Below the pieces are notes generated by a model. It did no database searches and was not told where the DNA came from. It was given only the letters and a program-made list of their open reading frames with translations. Positions 41,314-49,915 of a DNA stretch of 64,000 bases are shown here, one piece after another. Within the stretch, counting starts at the first letter, position 1, and each line of letters opens with the position of its first letter. The translations under genes were made by a program, and so were the position numbers. Source of the stretch: Candidatus Magasanikiibacteriota bacterium (GTDB taxonomy: Bacteria; Patescibacteriota; Patescibacteriia; Magasanikbacterales; UBA922); the NCBI GenBank assembly GCA_016193335.1, contig JACPSK010000001.1, forward strand, positions 422,962-486,961. Direction: 5' to 3'.

Positions 41314-41694
41314 CTAGACCAGGTAGAGCACAGTGATCACCACCATGGCCACACCGATGAGAATGAGAACCAGGCCTTCGATGGCCTGGAGCCAGCGATC
41401 CTCCGCGGAACGCTCGATACTCCCGATGTCGTCGTCGATGTACTGGGACCGCTCGGTCACGGCCCTTTCGATCTCAAAAACTCCCAGGAAGAAAATCAGG
41501 CCTCCGGGGAGGCCAAGGAACATACTCGCCACCTGGCGAGCAATCCCCCAGTAACTCTCAGGAGGGGTGTACCGCGCGGCCAGGTACATCAGGCCGCTTA
41601 CAATGAAGGTCAGCAGGGTACCGAAGAACAGGAAGGCGAAGGCCGCCTCCCAAAGGGCCGCGGCCCTCTTCTTCAATTCGTCCAAAAAAAACAT
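41314..41694 (-). CDS. GC-rich orphan membrane protein (3 TM)
   Basis: Three hydrophobic helices, AAAGGA before ATG, upstream promoter TTGACA..TGCTATACT near 41831-41859. Confidence 0.7.
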   Translation of the reverse strand: MFFLDELKKRAAALWEAAFAFLFFGTLLTFIVSGLMYLAARYTPPESYWGIARQVASMFLGLPGGLIFFLGVFEIERAVTERSQYIDDDIGSIERSAEDRWLQAIEGLVLILIGVAMVVITVLYLV

Positions 41695-41975
41695 GGTGGC
41701 TTTCCTTTCACAGTTTCACACGGGGGACACCTCTCTTTTTAGAAATTTTCCTAAAAAAGGAGCTGGCCCCTTCACAAGGTGTGAAGGAAAAAGTAAAAAA
41801 TGATCCTACTTTCTAATAAGTTAACGAATGAGTATAGCACAAAAATGGGCTTTTGTCAATCTTCTGTACCAAAAAACCCTTATTTAAGAGCTTTTTTATT
41901 CATTTGAAAAATCATCGGCTATACACACCAAAACACTTGAAAGCCAAAACCAAACCATGCTACAATAAACTAAAT

Positions 41976-43046
41976 ATGCGTGAAAAATCAGACATAACCG
42001 ATACAAAAAAATGGGGATCCGAAACCACCCGAAATGGGTGGTTTTTTATTGAACAGGGTTCAAAATTAAAAAATACAGAGTCTTGGAATCTAAGACAGCA
42101 ATTTCTTGAAACGATAAAACAAAAAGGCGGCTGGGTAAACTGCCACGCGCACATGGACAAGGCTTTTTATATTTCCAGACAAAGACTGCAAAAAGCGGGT
42201 TTGGATATGGCACAAAAATGGAGAATGAGTGATGATACAAAAAAGAAAGATACTCAGGAAGACGTTGAACATAGAATTAGAAAAGTCCTGGATATTATGA
42301 TAGCCCAAGGTGCGCGGCATGCGGCAACCTTTATAGACGCCTACGAGGCGATGGGGCACAGAGCTATAGACGCGGCTCTGAAGGTGCGGAAACTCTACAA
42401 AGATAAAATAACACTGACTCTGATCTCGCATCCGCTCGGCGGCCTCTTGGACAAAAAATCACAACGCCTGTACATGGAAATTACCGAGAAAGCCGACATC
42501 GCCGGGGGTCTGCCATCTTATGATAGGCCTTATGACGCAAAAAATTTTGATATCCTGTTCAGCATCGCACGGCATTTAAATAAGCCTCTGCACATTCATA
42601 TAGATCAAGAAAATAATCCCCATGAGCGGGACTCTGAAAAACTCGTGTATTACACAAAAAAGTACAAATACGAACATAGAGTAACTGCAATCCACGTCAT
42701 TTCCCTCTCATCCCAGAGTGAATCGTATCGAAAAAAAATCTATAGACAATTCGCCAAGCTTGGCATTTCGGTGATCGTCTGCCCTTCCGCGGCCATCAAT
42801 ATGCGCCAACTTGAGAACTATGAAGCGCCGGTACATAATTCAATAGCCAATGTACCTGAGATGCTCGAAGCCGGAGTGTTGGTAGGTCTGGGAGTGGACA
42901 ATATATGCGATTTCTACAATCCCTTCGGAGACGCGGATCTCTGGTTTGAAAGCCGCTTGCTCATGGATGCCTGCCGTTATTATGACTTTGATCGAATGAT
43001 AGATATATGCACTGAAAATGGAAAAAAAATTCTTGAAATAAAATAA
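41976..43046 (+). CDS. metal-dependent amidohydrolase, cytosine-deaminase-like fold
   Basis: HAHMDK (HxH), HIDQ, AIH and GVDNICD..NPFG align with the CodA metal-binding motifs; promoter-like TTGAAA-18-TACAAT just upstream. Confidence 0.85.
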   Translation: MREKSDITDTKKWGSETTRNGWFFIEQGSKLKNTESWNLRQQFLETIKQKGGWVNCHAHMDKAFYISRQRLQKAGLDMAQKWRMSDDTKKKDTQEDVEHRIRKVLDIMIAQGARHAATFIDAYEAMGHRAIDAALKVRKLYKDKITLTLISHPLGGLLDKKSQRLYMEITEKADIAGGLPSYDRPYDAKNFDILFSIARHLNKPLHIHIDQENNPHERDSEKLVYYTKKYKYEHRVTAIHVISLSSQSESYRKKIYRQFAKLGISVIVCPSAAINMRQLENYEAPVHNSIANVPEMLEAGVLVGLGVDNICDFYNPFGDADLWFESRLLMDACRYYDFDRMIDICTENGKKILEIK

Positions 43047-43130
43047 ACCAGGCCGGCTTGTCCAGCCATCACATCGGACTTAATTAAAAATTGTAAATTA
43101 AAAATTAAAAATTATTAATCATTATCTTCT

Positions 43131-44747
43131 ATGAAAGAACAAAGTACCTACACGCATATCGCCTCTTACGAGCCCAAGGATCCGAGCGAAGTAAAACGAG
43201 TGGTGCTCCTCTACTCCGGCGGACTCGATACTTCGGTAATGCTCAAATGGATTCAAGACAGATACCACGCGGAAGTGATAGCTCTTTGCTTGGACATTGG
43301 CCAGCTTGCCGATGACCTGGAATTTATAAAACAAAAGGCGCTTAAACTTGGCGCGATCAAAGCCATTGTGCTCGATTGCAAAGACGAATTCGCTGACAAA
43401 TATATTTCCCGGGCTATAAAAGCCAACGCCTGCTACCAGGGAGACTACCACCTCAGCACGCCCATCGGCAGACCTCTTCTCGCCAAAAAAGCGGTGCAAA
43501 TCGCTTTTGAAGAAAAAGCCGACACGATAGCCCACGGCTGTACGGGCAAAGGCAATGATCAGGTCCGCTTGGAAGGCACCGCCGTTACGCTCAATCCGGA
43601 CATCAAAATTATCGCCCCTGTCCGCGAATGGGGCATGGGGAGAGACGAAGAAATAGCTTACGCGGAAAAACACGGTATTCCCATAAGCCATAGCGCAAGC
43701 AAGCCCTACAGCCATGATGACAATATGTGGGGCGTAACCAGCGAAGGCGGAGAAATAGAAAATCCGGAACTCATCCCGCCCCTCGAAAATATTCTTGAAA
43801 TAAGCACTCCGCCCAAAAAAGCTCCGGATCAGGAAGAATTGGTACATCTCGAATTTGTAAAGGGCCTACCAGTTTCTCTCAATGGAGAACAAATGAAACT
43901 GAGCGAATTGGTCATACGGCTCAATCGCTTGGCCGGCAAACATGGGGTGGGAATCGTGCACCATCTGGAAGACAGGGTGGTGGGTTTGAAAGTTCGAGGC
44001 TTGTACGAACAGCCCGCGGCTCATGTCATTATCAAAGCACATAAAGAACTGGAAAAATACGTCTGTACCCGGCATGAAAACAAATTCAAAGAATTGGTAG
44101 ACCAAGAATGGGCATACCTGTGCTACGGAGCGCTTTGGTACGAACCGCTCATGAAAAATCTTTCCGGTTTTATAGACACGGTGAATGAAAAAGTAAATGG
44201 CACGGTAACCCTAAGACTGTACAAAGGAAATTGCGACGTGGTGGCTCTCAAAACTCCTGATGCCCTGTTTGACGAAAAACTGGCCACCTTCAATAAAAAC
44301 GATTTGTTCAATCAAAATGCCTCACCCGGTTTCATTGAGCTGTGGACTTTGCAAATGAAGATGGCTCGACAGACCAAAAAAAATATCCTGTTTACGGTGA
44401 GCGGAGCAAAAAAACAAGAATTACTTCAAAGTATGCGAGACTTGCAAAAATTAAATTGCATATTGTACGCCACCAAACATACCAGCGAATTTATGGAACA
44501 GCATGACATCGTCAACAAACTGGTGCACAAAATTTCAACCCAAGAAAGGCCGAACATTGAAACGCTCATGCGAGAACGCCGTTTTGACCTTATCATCAAT
44601 ATACCTTCTCCAGAAGGAAACGGAGAACAAAAAACCGATGGGGAAAGAATGCGAGAACTGGCCGTGGAGCACAATGTCCCTCTCGTCACTGACGTGGATG
44701 TGGCCAAAAGCATGGTGGAAAAACTCAAACAAATATACGAACGCTAA
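43131..44747 (+). CDS. argG: argininosuccinate synthase fused to a C-terminal MGS-like (CarB allosteric) domain
   Basis: YSGGLDTS, HGCTGKGNDQVR, YSHDDNMWG and EDRVVGLKVRGLYEQP. The last ~120 aa (ILFTVS..YATKHTS..VHKI..RPNI..FDLIINIP..DG..R..AVEHNVPLVT) read as an MGS domain. Confidence 0.92.
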   Translation: MKEQSTYTHIASYEPKDPSEVKRVVLLYSGGLDTSVMLKWIQDRYHAEVIALCLDIGQLADDLEFIKQKALKLGAIKAIVLDCKDEFADKYISRAIKANACYQGDYHLSTPIGRPLLAKKAVQIAFEEKADTIAHGCTGKGNDQVRLEGTAVTLNPDIKIIAPVREWGMGRDEEIAYAEKHGIPISHSASKPYSHDDNMWGVTSEGGEIENPELIPPLENILEISTPPKKAPDQEELVHLEFVKGLPVSLNGEQMKLSELVIRLNRLAGKHGVGIVHHLEDRVVGLKVRGLYEQPAAHVIIKAHKELEKYVCTRHENKFKELVDQEWAYLCYGALWYEPLMKNLSGFIDTVNEKVNGTVTLRLYKGNCDVVALKTPDALFDEKLATFNKNDLFNQNASPGFIELWTLQMKMARQTKKNILFTVSGAKKQELLQSMRDLQKLNCILYATKHTSEFMEQHDIVNKLVHKISTQERPNIETLMRERRFDLIINIPSPEGNGEQKTDGERMRELAVEHNVPLVTDVDVAKSMVEKLKQIYER

Positions 44748-44765
44748 AAAGACGGCATAATTTTT

Positions 44766-45689
44766 ATGAGTAAACCGAATATTTCGGTATCTTTCGCAGG
44801 CATAACACTAAGGAACCCAACTATCTTGGCTTCCGGCATTTTGGGAGTGACAAAATCTTCCCTAAAGTACGTAATAAAACACGGAGCCGGAGCCTGCGTG
44901 ATCAAATCAATAAGCCTTGAACCGAGAAGCGGCCATAGGGCACCCAATATGCATCCCGTGGAAGGAGGATTTTTGAACGCGGTCGGTTATTCCAATCCCG
45001 GCTTGGAAGAAGCAAAACGAGAATTTTTACATCTATCAGACCTGCGAGCTCCGGTGATAGCGAGCATCATAGGAAAAGACGCTGAAGAATTTGCCAAAAA
45101 TGCTGAACTTTTTTTGAGCGATGAATTCGCAGCCGTGGAAGCTGTACTGTCTTGCCCACACACACCCGGATACGGGACTCTCGCAGGCCAAGGCAGTCCG
45201 GAAGCTACTGAAAAAATTACCAAAGCGATTAGAGCAAAAACCAAACTGCCTTTATTTATAAAATTATCCCCTCAGAGCGAACCAATCTCAGAAGTCGCGA
45301 AAGCGGCGGAAGCCGGCGGAGCGGATGGCATCACGGCGATCAACACCGCGGGCCCGGGAATGTATATAGACATAAAAACACGAGCGTCTGTGTTACATTT
45401 TGGCATGGGAGGACTTTCAGGACCGGCGTTGAGGCCCATTGCCGTGCGATGCGTTTATGATATATACAAGTCAGTAAAAATTCCCATAATAGGAGTAGGC
45501 GGCATCCAATCCGGAAGAGATGCCATAGAAATGATGATGGCAGGGGCGCAGGCCGTACAGATCGGAACCGGAATTTATTACAAAGGCATTGACGTGTTTA
45601 AGCAAGTTACGGACGAGATAAAAATATTTATGGAAGAAGAGGGCATAAAAAAACTTTCAGAAATAGTCGGGGCAGCACATAAAAAATAG
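44766..45689 (+). CDS. pyrD: dihydroorotate dehydrogenase, class 1B catalytic subunit
   Basis: NPTILASG, LNAVGYSNPG, LSCPH, INT, GGLSGPALRP and IIGVGGI. Confidence 0.93.
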   Translation: MSKPNISVSFAGITLRNPTILASGILGVTKSSLKYVIKHGAGACVIKSISLEPRSGHRAPNMHPVEGGFLNAVGYSNPGLEEAKREFLHLSDLRAPVIASIIGKDAEEFAKNAELFLSDEFAAVEAVLSCPHTPGYGTLAGQGSPEATEKITKAIRAKTKLPLFIKLSPQSEPISEVAKAAEAGGADGITAINTAGPGMYIDIKTRASVLHFGMGGLSGPALRPIAVRCVYDIYKSVKIPIIGVGGIQSGRDAIEMMMAGAQAVQIGTGIYYKGIDVFKQVTDEIKIFMEEEGIKKLSEIVGAAHKK

Positions 45690-45718
45690 AATAGCTTTCT
45701 GACGCGGAGTTGCCTACT

Positions 45719-45816
45719 TATCCCTTTATAACATATTTTTATGAATCCTGCGGAGTCAGCTCGCTTCGCTCTCGCATTCATCCTTAGGCTTTCTAAAATA
45801 TGTTATAAAGGATAGG
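45719..45816. repeat. palindromic REP/MITE-like element, copy 1
   Basis: Arms TATCCCTTTATAACATATTTT / AAAATATGTTATAAAGGATA; homologous to 62128-62230. Confidence 0.8.
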
Positions 45817-45850
45817 TTCCCGGATTTATATAATGCATAATATCCGGACT

Positions 45851-45949
45851 GAAGCTTCGTACATAATGTTTTTTACAATGGCAACTGTTTGAGTCCGGCT
45901 TCGGCCGGGCGAGTTTTGCCATTGTAAAAAACATTATGTACGAAGCTTC
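45851..45949. repeat. perfect 34-bp inverted repeat capped by a CCGGC-TTCG-GCCGG hairpin
   Basis: GAAGCTTCGTACATAATGTTTTTTACAATGGCAA (45851-45884) and its exact reverse complement (45916-45949). Confidence 0.85.
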
Positions 45950-45974
45950 TCCAACAAAATCCCCTATAAATTAT

Positions 45975-46805
45975 ATGAAAGACATACTGCCTGATGTGCA
46001 AAAAACCCTGCCCATCAAAAATATCACGAACGAAAATCCGCATGTAAAAACCTTTTGGTTTGAACATACTCTGCACTCCAAACCGGGTCAATTTGTGATG
46101 CTCTGGATTCCCGGCCTGGACCAAAAACCCTTTTCAATTTCTTATGATTATGGAGACAAATTCGGTTTGTCCATATTTTCGGTGGGTCCTCTGAGCTCTG
46201 TATTGTTTAATACCACAAAGGTTGGGGACAAGATTGGAATCACCGGCCCTTATGGAAAATCATTTTCAACCGGAAAGCACAAACACTACATTGCCGTTGG
46301 CGGAGGATACGGGTCGGGGCCTCTCGGATTTCTGGCTGAAATTTTGGAAAACACGGGCGTCACCCTTGACTTCTGCGTAGGGGCCAAAAACAAGGATTTA
46401 CTTCTTTTTGAAGAGCGAGCAGCAAGACTTTCTCATGTTAGCGTGCATGTGGCGACAGACGACGGTTCCAAAGGACACAAAGGATACGTTACAGAATTGC
46501 TTGAAGATATATTAAAAAAAAGAAAAGATAAAAAAGACATCATCGTTTCGGCTTGCGGCCCTGAGCTTATGGAAAAAACGGTTCTTGATCTTGCGAACGC
46601 GTATGACGTCAACTGTGAGCTGAGCATCGAACGTTATATGAAATGCGGTTTCGGAATCTGTGGACAATGCTCGGTGGATCCACTTGGTATTCCTTTATGC
46701 ACAGAAGGCCCGGTGCTTTCAAAAGATACGGCGAACAAGCTGACTGAATTCGGAGCTTATCACCGGAATAAATGCGGGGGAAAAGAATATTACAAACCAT
46801 CATAA
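45975..46805 (+). CDS. pyrK: dihydroorotate dehydrogenase electron transfer subunit
   Basis: KPGQFVMLW, GPYG, GGGYG, ATDDGS, ACGPE and MKCGFGICGQC..CTEGPV [2Fe-2S] motif. Start 45975 is preferred because ATG 45936 lies inside the inverted repeat. Confidence 0.92.
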   Translation: MKDILPDVQKTLPIKNITNENPHVKTFWFEHTLHSKPGQFVMLWIPGLDQKPFSISYDYGDKFGLSIFSVGPLSSVLFNTTKVGDKIGITGPYGKSFSTGKHKHYIAVGGGYGSGPLGFLAEILENTGVTLDFCVGAKNKDLLLFEERAARLSHVSVHVATDDGSKGHKGYVTELLEDILKKRKDKKDIIVSACGPELMEKTVLDLANAYDVNCELSIERYMKCGFGICGQCSVDPLGIPLCTEGPVLSKDTANKLTEFGAYHRNKCGGKEYYKPS

Positions 46806-46822
46806 ATTTTGTTCTACTATCT

Positions 46823-47443
46823 ATGAATAATGTAATACAAATTCTCATTTCTGTGGGCGCCATTATGCCTAATGATCATTTTGTGGGTACTTCCGGCAGG
46901 CATCTTGAAGCTTACATAAACAAAGACGCTTTGTATCCTCATACCAAAGAGACTTCCCTTATCGGAGCTTATTTCGCCGAGGCACACAAAGGACTGGACA
47001 TACACCTGGTAGCAGGCCCCGCCATGGGTGGGATTATTCTTTCACAATGGACTGCCCGACATCTTTCTGAACTAAAAGAAAAAGAAATTCTTAGCGTCTA
47101 TGCTGAAAAAAAAGAAGGAGTCTTAACCTTAACCCGAGGTTATGACGCGCTGGTAAAAGGTAAAAATGTGCTTGTGGTTGAAGATCTCACCACCACGGGA
47201 GGATCGCTTGCCGCCGTGATAGACTTAGTCAAAAAAGCCGGGGGCTCTGTGCTCGCGGCGTCTGTAATGGTAAATAGAGATCCTGAATATGTGTCTGAAT
47301 CCAGTTTCGGAGTGCCATTCACAAGTCTCGCCGAATACAGAACCCCATCCTACACGGCCGAAGAATGCCCCATGTGCAAGCAAAATATGCCCATCAATCT
47401 GTCTCTCGGCCATGGAGCAAAATTCCTCGCGGAAAAAAAATAA
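46823..47443 (+). CDS. pyrE: orotate phosphoribosyltransferase
   Basis: HFVGTSGRH..YINK, GPAMGG and VLVVEDLTTTGGS PRPP loop. Confidence 0.92.
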   Translation: MNNVIQILISVGAIMPNDHFVGTSGRHLEAYINKDALYPHTKETSLIGAYFAEAHKGLDIHLVAGPAMGGIILSQWTARHLSELKEKEILSVYAEKKEGVLTLTRGYDALVKGKNVLVVEDLTTTGGSLAAVIDLVKKAGGSVLAASVMVNRDPEYVSESSFGVPFTSLAEYRTPSYTAEECPMCKQNMPINLSLGHGAKFLAEKK

Positions 47444-47456
47444 TCTCATACATCAT

Positions 47457-48242
47457 ATGCCCAGTTACTCCGAGCGATCAAAACTTTGTCCCAACCCAAC
47501 CGCCAAAGCTCTCTTGGAACTCATGGAACAAAAGGAGAGCAACCTTTGCGTGGCCGCGGATCTTTTGAACAAACAAGAAATACTAAACCTTACTGACAAC
47601 ATAGGAGCAGAAATTTGTGTGCTCAAAACGCATATAGATATTGTGGAAGATTTTGACAATGAATTTATTATCGAACTCCAACGGCTTTCGGAAAAACATA
47701 ATTTTTTTATTTTTGAGGACAGAAAATTCGCGGACATCGGCAACACGGTCGTTCATCAATACCAAAACGGAATCTATCACATCGCTGACTGGGCCCACAT
47801 CACCAACGCTCACAGCATACCCGGGCCCGGGATCATAGAAGGACTCAAAAAAGTAGGCCTGCCCAAAGGTAGAGCTCTTTTGCTTCTTGCGGAAATGAGT
47901 TCAGAAGGAAATCTTGCACAAGGCGCATATACAGAAAAAACCATCAAGATGGCGGAACAACATAGAGATTTTGTGATTGGTTTCATCAACACCAAAACGA
48001 TTTCCAAAAATTCGTCTTTTATCAATTTTAGTCCCGGTGTCCAGTTCAAAACAAAATCAGACAGTCTGAAACAAAATTATCAGGACCCTGAAGAAGCCAT
48101 TCTGCGGGGATCAGACATTATTATAGTAGGCCGCGGTATCTATGCTTCGGCAGACCCTGTCCAATCCGCGCAAAATTATAGAAAAAAGGCCTGGGGGGCC
48201 TACAAGAAACGCGAATCTTTACAAATCAATCCAAATCCTTGA
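47457..48242 (+). CDS. pyrF: orotidine-5'-phosphate decarboxylase, URA3/UMPS-like subtype
   Basis: LKTHIDI, FEDRKFADIGNTV, LAEMSSEG, PGV and IIVGRGI. Confidence 0.95.
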   Translation: MPSYSERSKLCPNPTAKALLELMEQKESNLCVAADLLNKQEILNLTDNIGAEICVLKTHIDIVEDFDNEFIIELQRLSEKHNFFIFEDRKFADIGNTVVHQYQNGIYHIADWAHITNAHSIPGPGIIEGLKKVGLPKGRALLLLAEMSSEGNLAQGAYTEKTIKMAEQHRDFVIGFINTKTISKNSSFINFSPGVQFKTKSDSLKQNYQDPEEAILRGSDIIIVGRGIYASADPVQSAQNYRKKAWGAYKKRESLQINPNP

Positions 48243-48897
48243 TCAATTTTTTGAAATCTTTATAGTCTTCGTAACTTATCTTTCCTTCTTTGTGAGCTTT
48301 GTAAAATTTCCCCCTCATTTTTAACCTATCTTTTCTGTTGATGGCTTCTCCCGTACGTTTGTACTTCAAAGTATTCTCAAGTGTGTCTTGAAACAGTTTT
48401 CTATCAGCCATTGAAACATTTTTGTACGTTGCCCGCTTCGTACGTATCAAATTACCCAATCTCATTCGGTACCCGGTAGGTCCGGTTTTCCTCATACTTC
48501 CGCCCGTGCCAACATGGAATCCTTTTTTTTGGTGTTTGGCCGCTTCTGCGGCAGCCTCTTCTTGGCGTTTTTTTATGAGGCGACGCACAAAACTATAGCG
48601 CCGGTAATCAGCTGCTTCATCAGGTTCATCTACTTGATTGACGCTATGCTGGGGCCTTGTCTCTTGGTCGCCTTGCGACATACTATCACCCAGATGAGAG
48701 GCAGAAGTGCTTGGCCTGCCGCCCGGCAGATTGCCGCTCATAACCCGGCTCATGGACACGGCCGCGCTTTCCCTTTCCTTTCTCTGTTCTAATTTTGAAA
48801 CAGAAAAATCTTGAGCATGCTCCATGCCCAAATTTTGAGGAGCCAAAGGGACTGAAGGCCCGATTTTAGGTAAAACAGGAGGAAGATTGTCAGACAT
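48226..48897 (-). CDS. hypothetical protein
   Basis: ORF downstream of miaA with a basic C-terminal helical region. Confidence 0.65.
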   Translation of the reverse strand: MSDNLPPVLPKIGPSVPLAPQNLGMEHAQDFSVSKLEQRKERESAAVSMSRVMSGNLPGGRPSTSASHLGDSMSQGDQETRPQHSVNQVDEPDEAADYRRYSFVRRLIKKRQEEAAAEAAKHQKKGFHVGTGGSMRKTGPTGYRMRLGNLIRTKRATYKNVSMADRKLFQDTLENTLKYKRTGEAINRKDRLKMRGKFYKAHKEGKISYEDYKDFKKLIKDLD

Positions 48898-48916
48898 ATA
48901 GTACACTTTAAGTATA

Positions 48917-49849
48917 TCAAGTCTCCAAAAACTCCTCAACCAACTTCTCGCAGTCTTCATAAGAATCCACCCAGTGGATCCGCGTGTCCCTTTTGAACCA
49001 AGTCATCTGCCTCCTCGCGAAACGTCTTGTATCCCGCTTCAAAATTTCCACGGCCTCGGCCAAGCCCAGGCCGGTTTCGAAGTAATCTTTGAACTGTCTG
49101 TATCCTATGCCATTCATGCTTGAAAGCTCCCAGCCGTACTTTTGGGAAATCAATTTTTGAATTTCATTCAAAAGACCTTTTTCAATCATGGTATCAACTC
49201 GTTCAGAAATCCGCGCGTGCAAGACTTCTCTCGCTACTTTCGGGGCTATCTGCAAGACATCGAACAGAGCTTCTCCTTTCTGTTTTTGATCTGAAAATGA
49301 AGCTCCGCTTAAAATACAAACTTCAAGAGCACGGACTACGCGGCGCTTATTGCGCTGATCTATGTTCGAAGCAGCCTGAGGATCCATTCTTTTAAGCAAA
49401 TCAATGAGTTCTTCATTGGTTTTTTCTCCCAGACTTTCGCGCAATGTCGTGTTGCCCGGTACCTTTGGTATGCTAAAATTATCAACTATAGAATTGATAT
49501 AAAGACCGGTGCCACCAACCAAAATCGGAACTTTTTTTGACCTCTGAACCGAGCGAATATGTTTTATGGCCTTGTCTTTAAATTCAGCCACGGAAAAATG
49601 TTTTCCAGGATCCAAAAAATCAATCAAATAATGGGGTATACCCTCCACATAATAGGCTCCTTTCAAACCGTTTCGCCTCCATTCACCCTTGGCCTTGGCT
49701 GTGCCGATATCCATTTTTTTGTAAATCTGTCTCGAATCCGCTGAAATAATTCTTCCATCGAATTTTTGAGCAAGCCCAAGGCTCCAGGGGGTTTTGCCAC
49801 TGGCCGTAGGGCCAAGAATAACGATGAGTTTGGGCAATTTTTTCTTCAT
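48917..49849 (-). CDS. miaA: tRNA dimethylallyltransferase
   Basis: GPTASGKT, ADSRQIY, VGGTGLY and ARRQMTWF. Confidence 0.96.
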   Translation of the reverse strand: MKKKLPKLIVILGPTASGKTPWSLGLAQKFDGRIISADSRQIYKKMDIGTAKAKGEWRRNGLKGAYYVEGIPHYLIDFLDPGKHFSVAEFKDKAIKHIRSVQRSKKVPILVGGTGLYINSIVDNFSIPKVPGNTTLRESLGEKTNEELIDLLKRMDPQAASNIDQRNKRRVVRALEVCILSGASFSDQKQKGEALFDVLQIAPKVAREVLHARISERVDTMIEKGLLNEIQKLISQKYGWELSSMNGIGYRQFKDYFETGLGLAEAVEILKRDTRRFARRQMTWFKRDTRIHWVDSYEDCEKLVEEFLET

Positions 49850-49915
49850 ACAAGAGTCCCCATTTTTTTAGAAACACGAATCAATCCGCCGATCGTCGAT
49901 TTTATCATGCGTTAA

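Noticed and set aside
45890-45912. Possible PyrR-binding loop (GAGTCC...) in the pyr operon
   Set aside because: It lacks the downstream GAGG part of the PyrR consensus, lies in the tip of a perfect palindrome, and there is no pyrR in the window.
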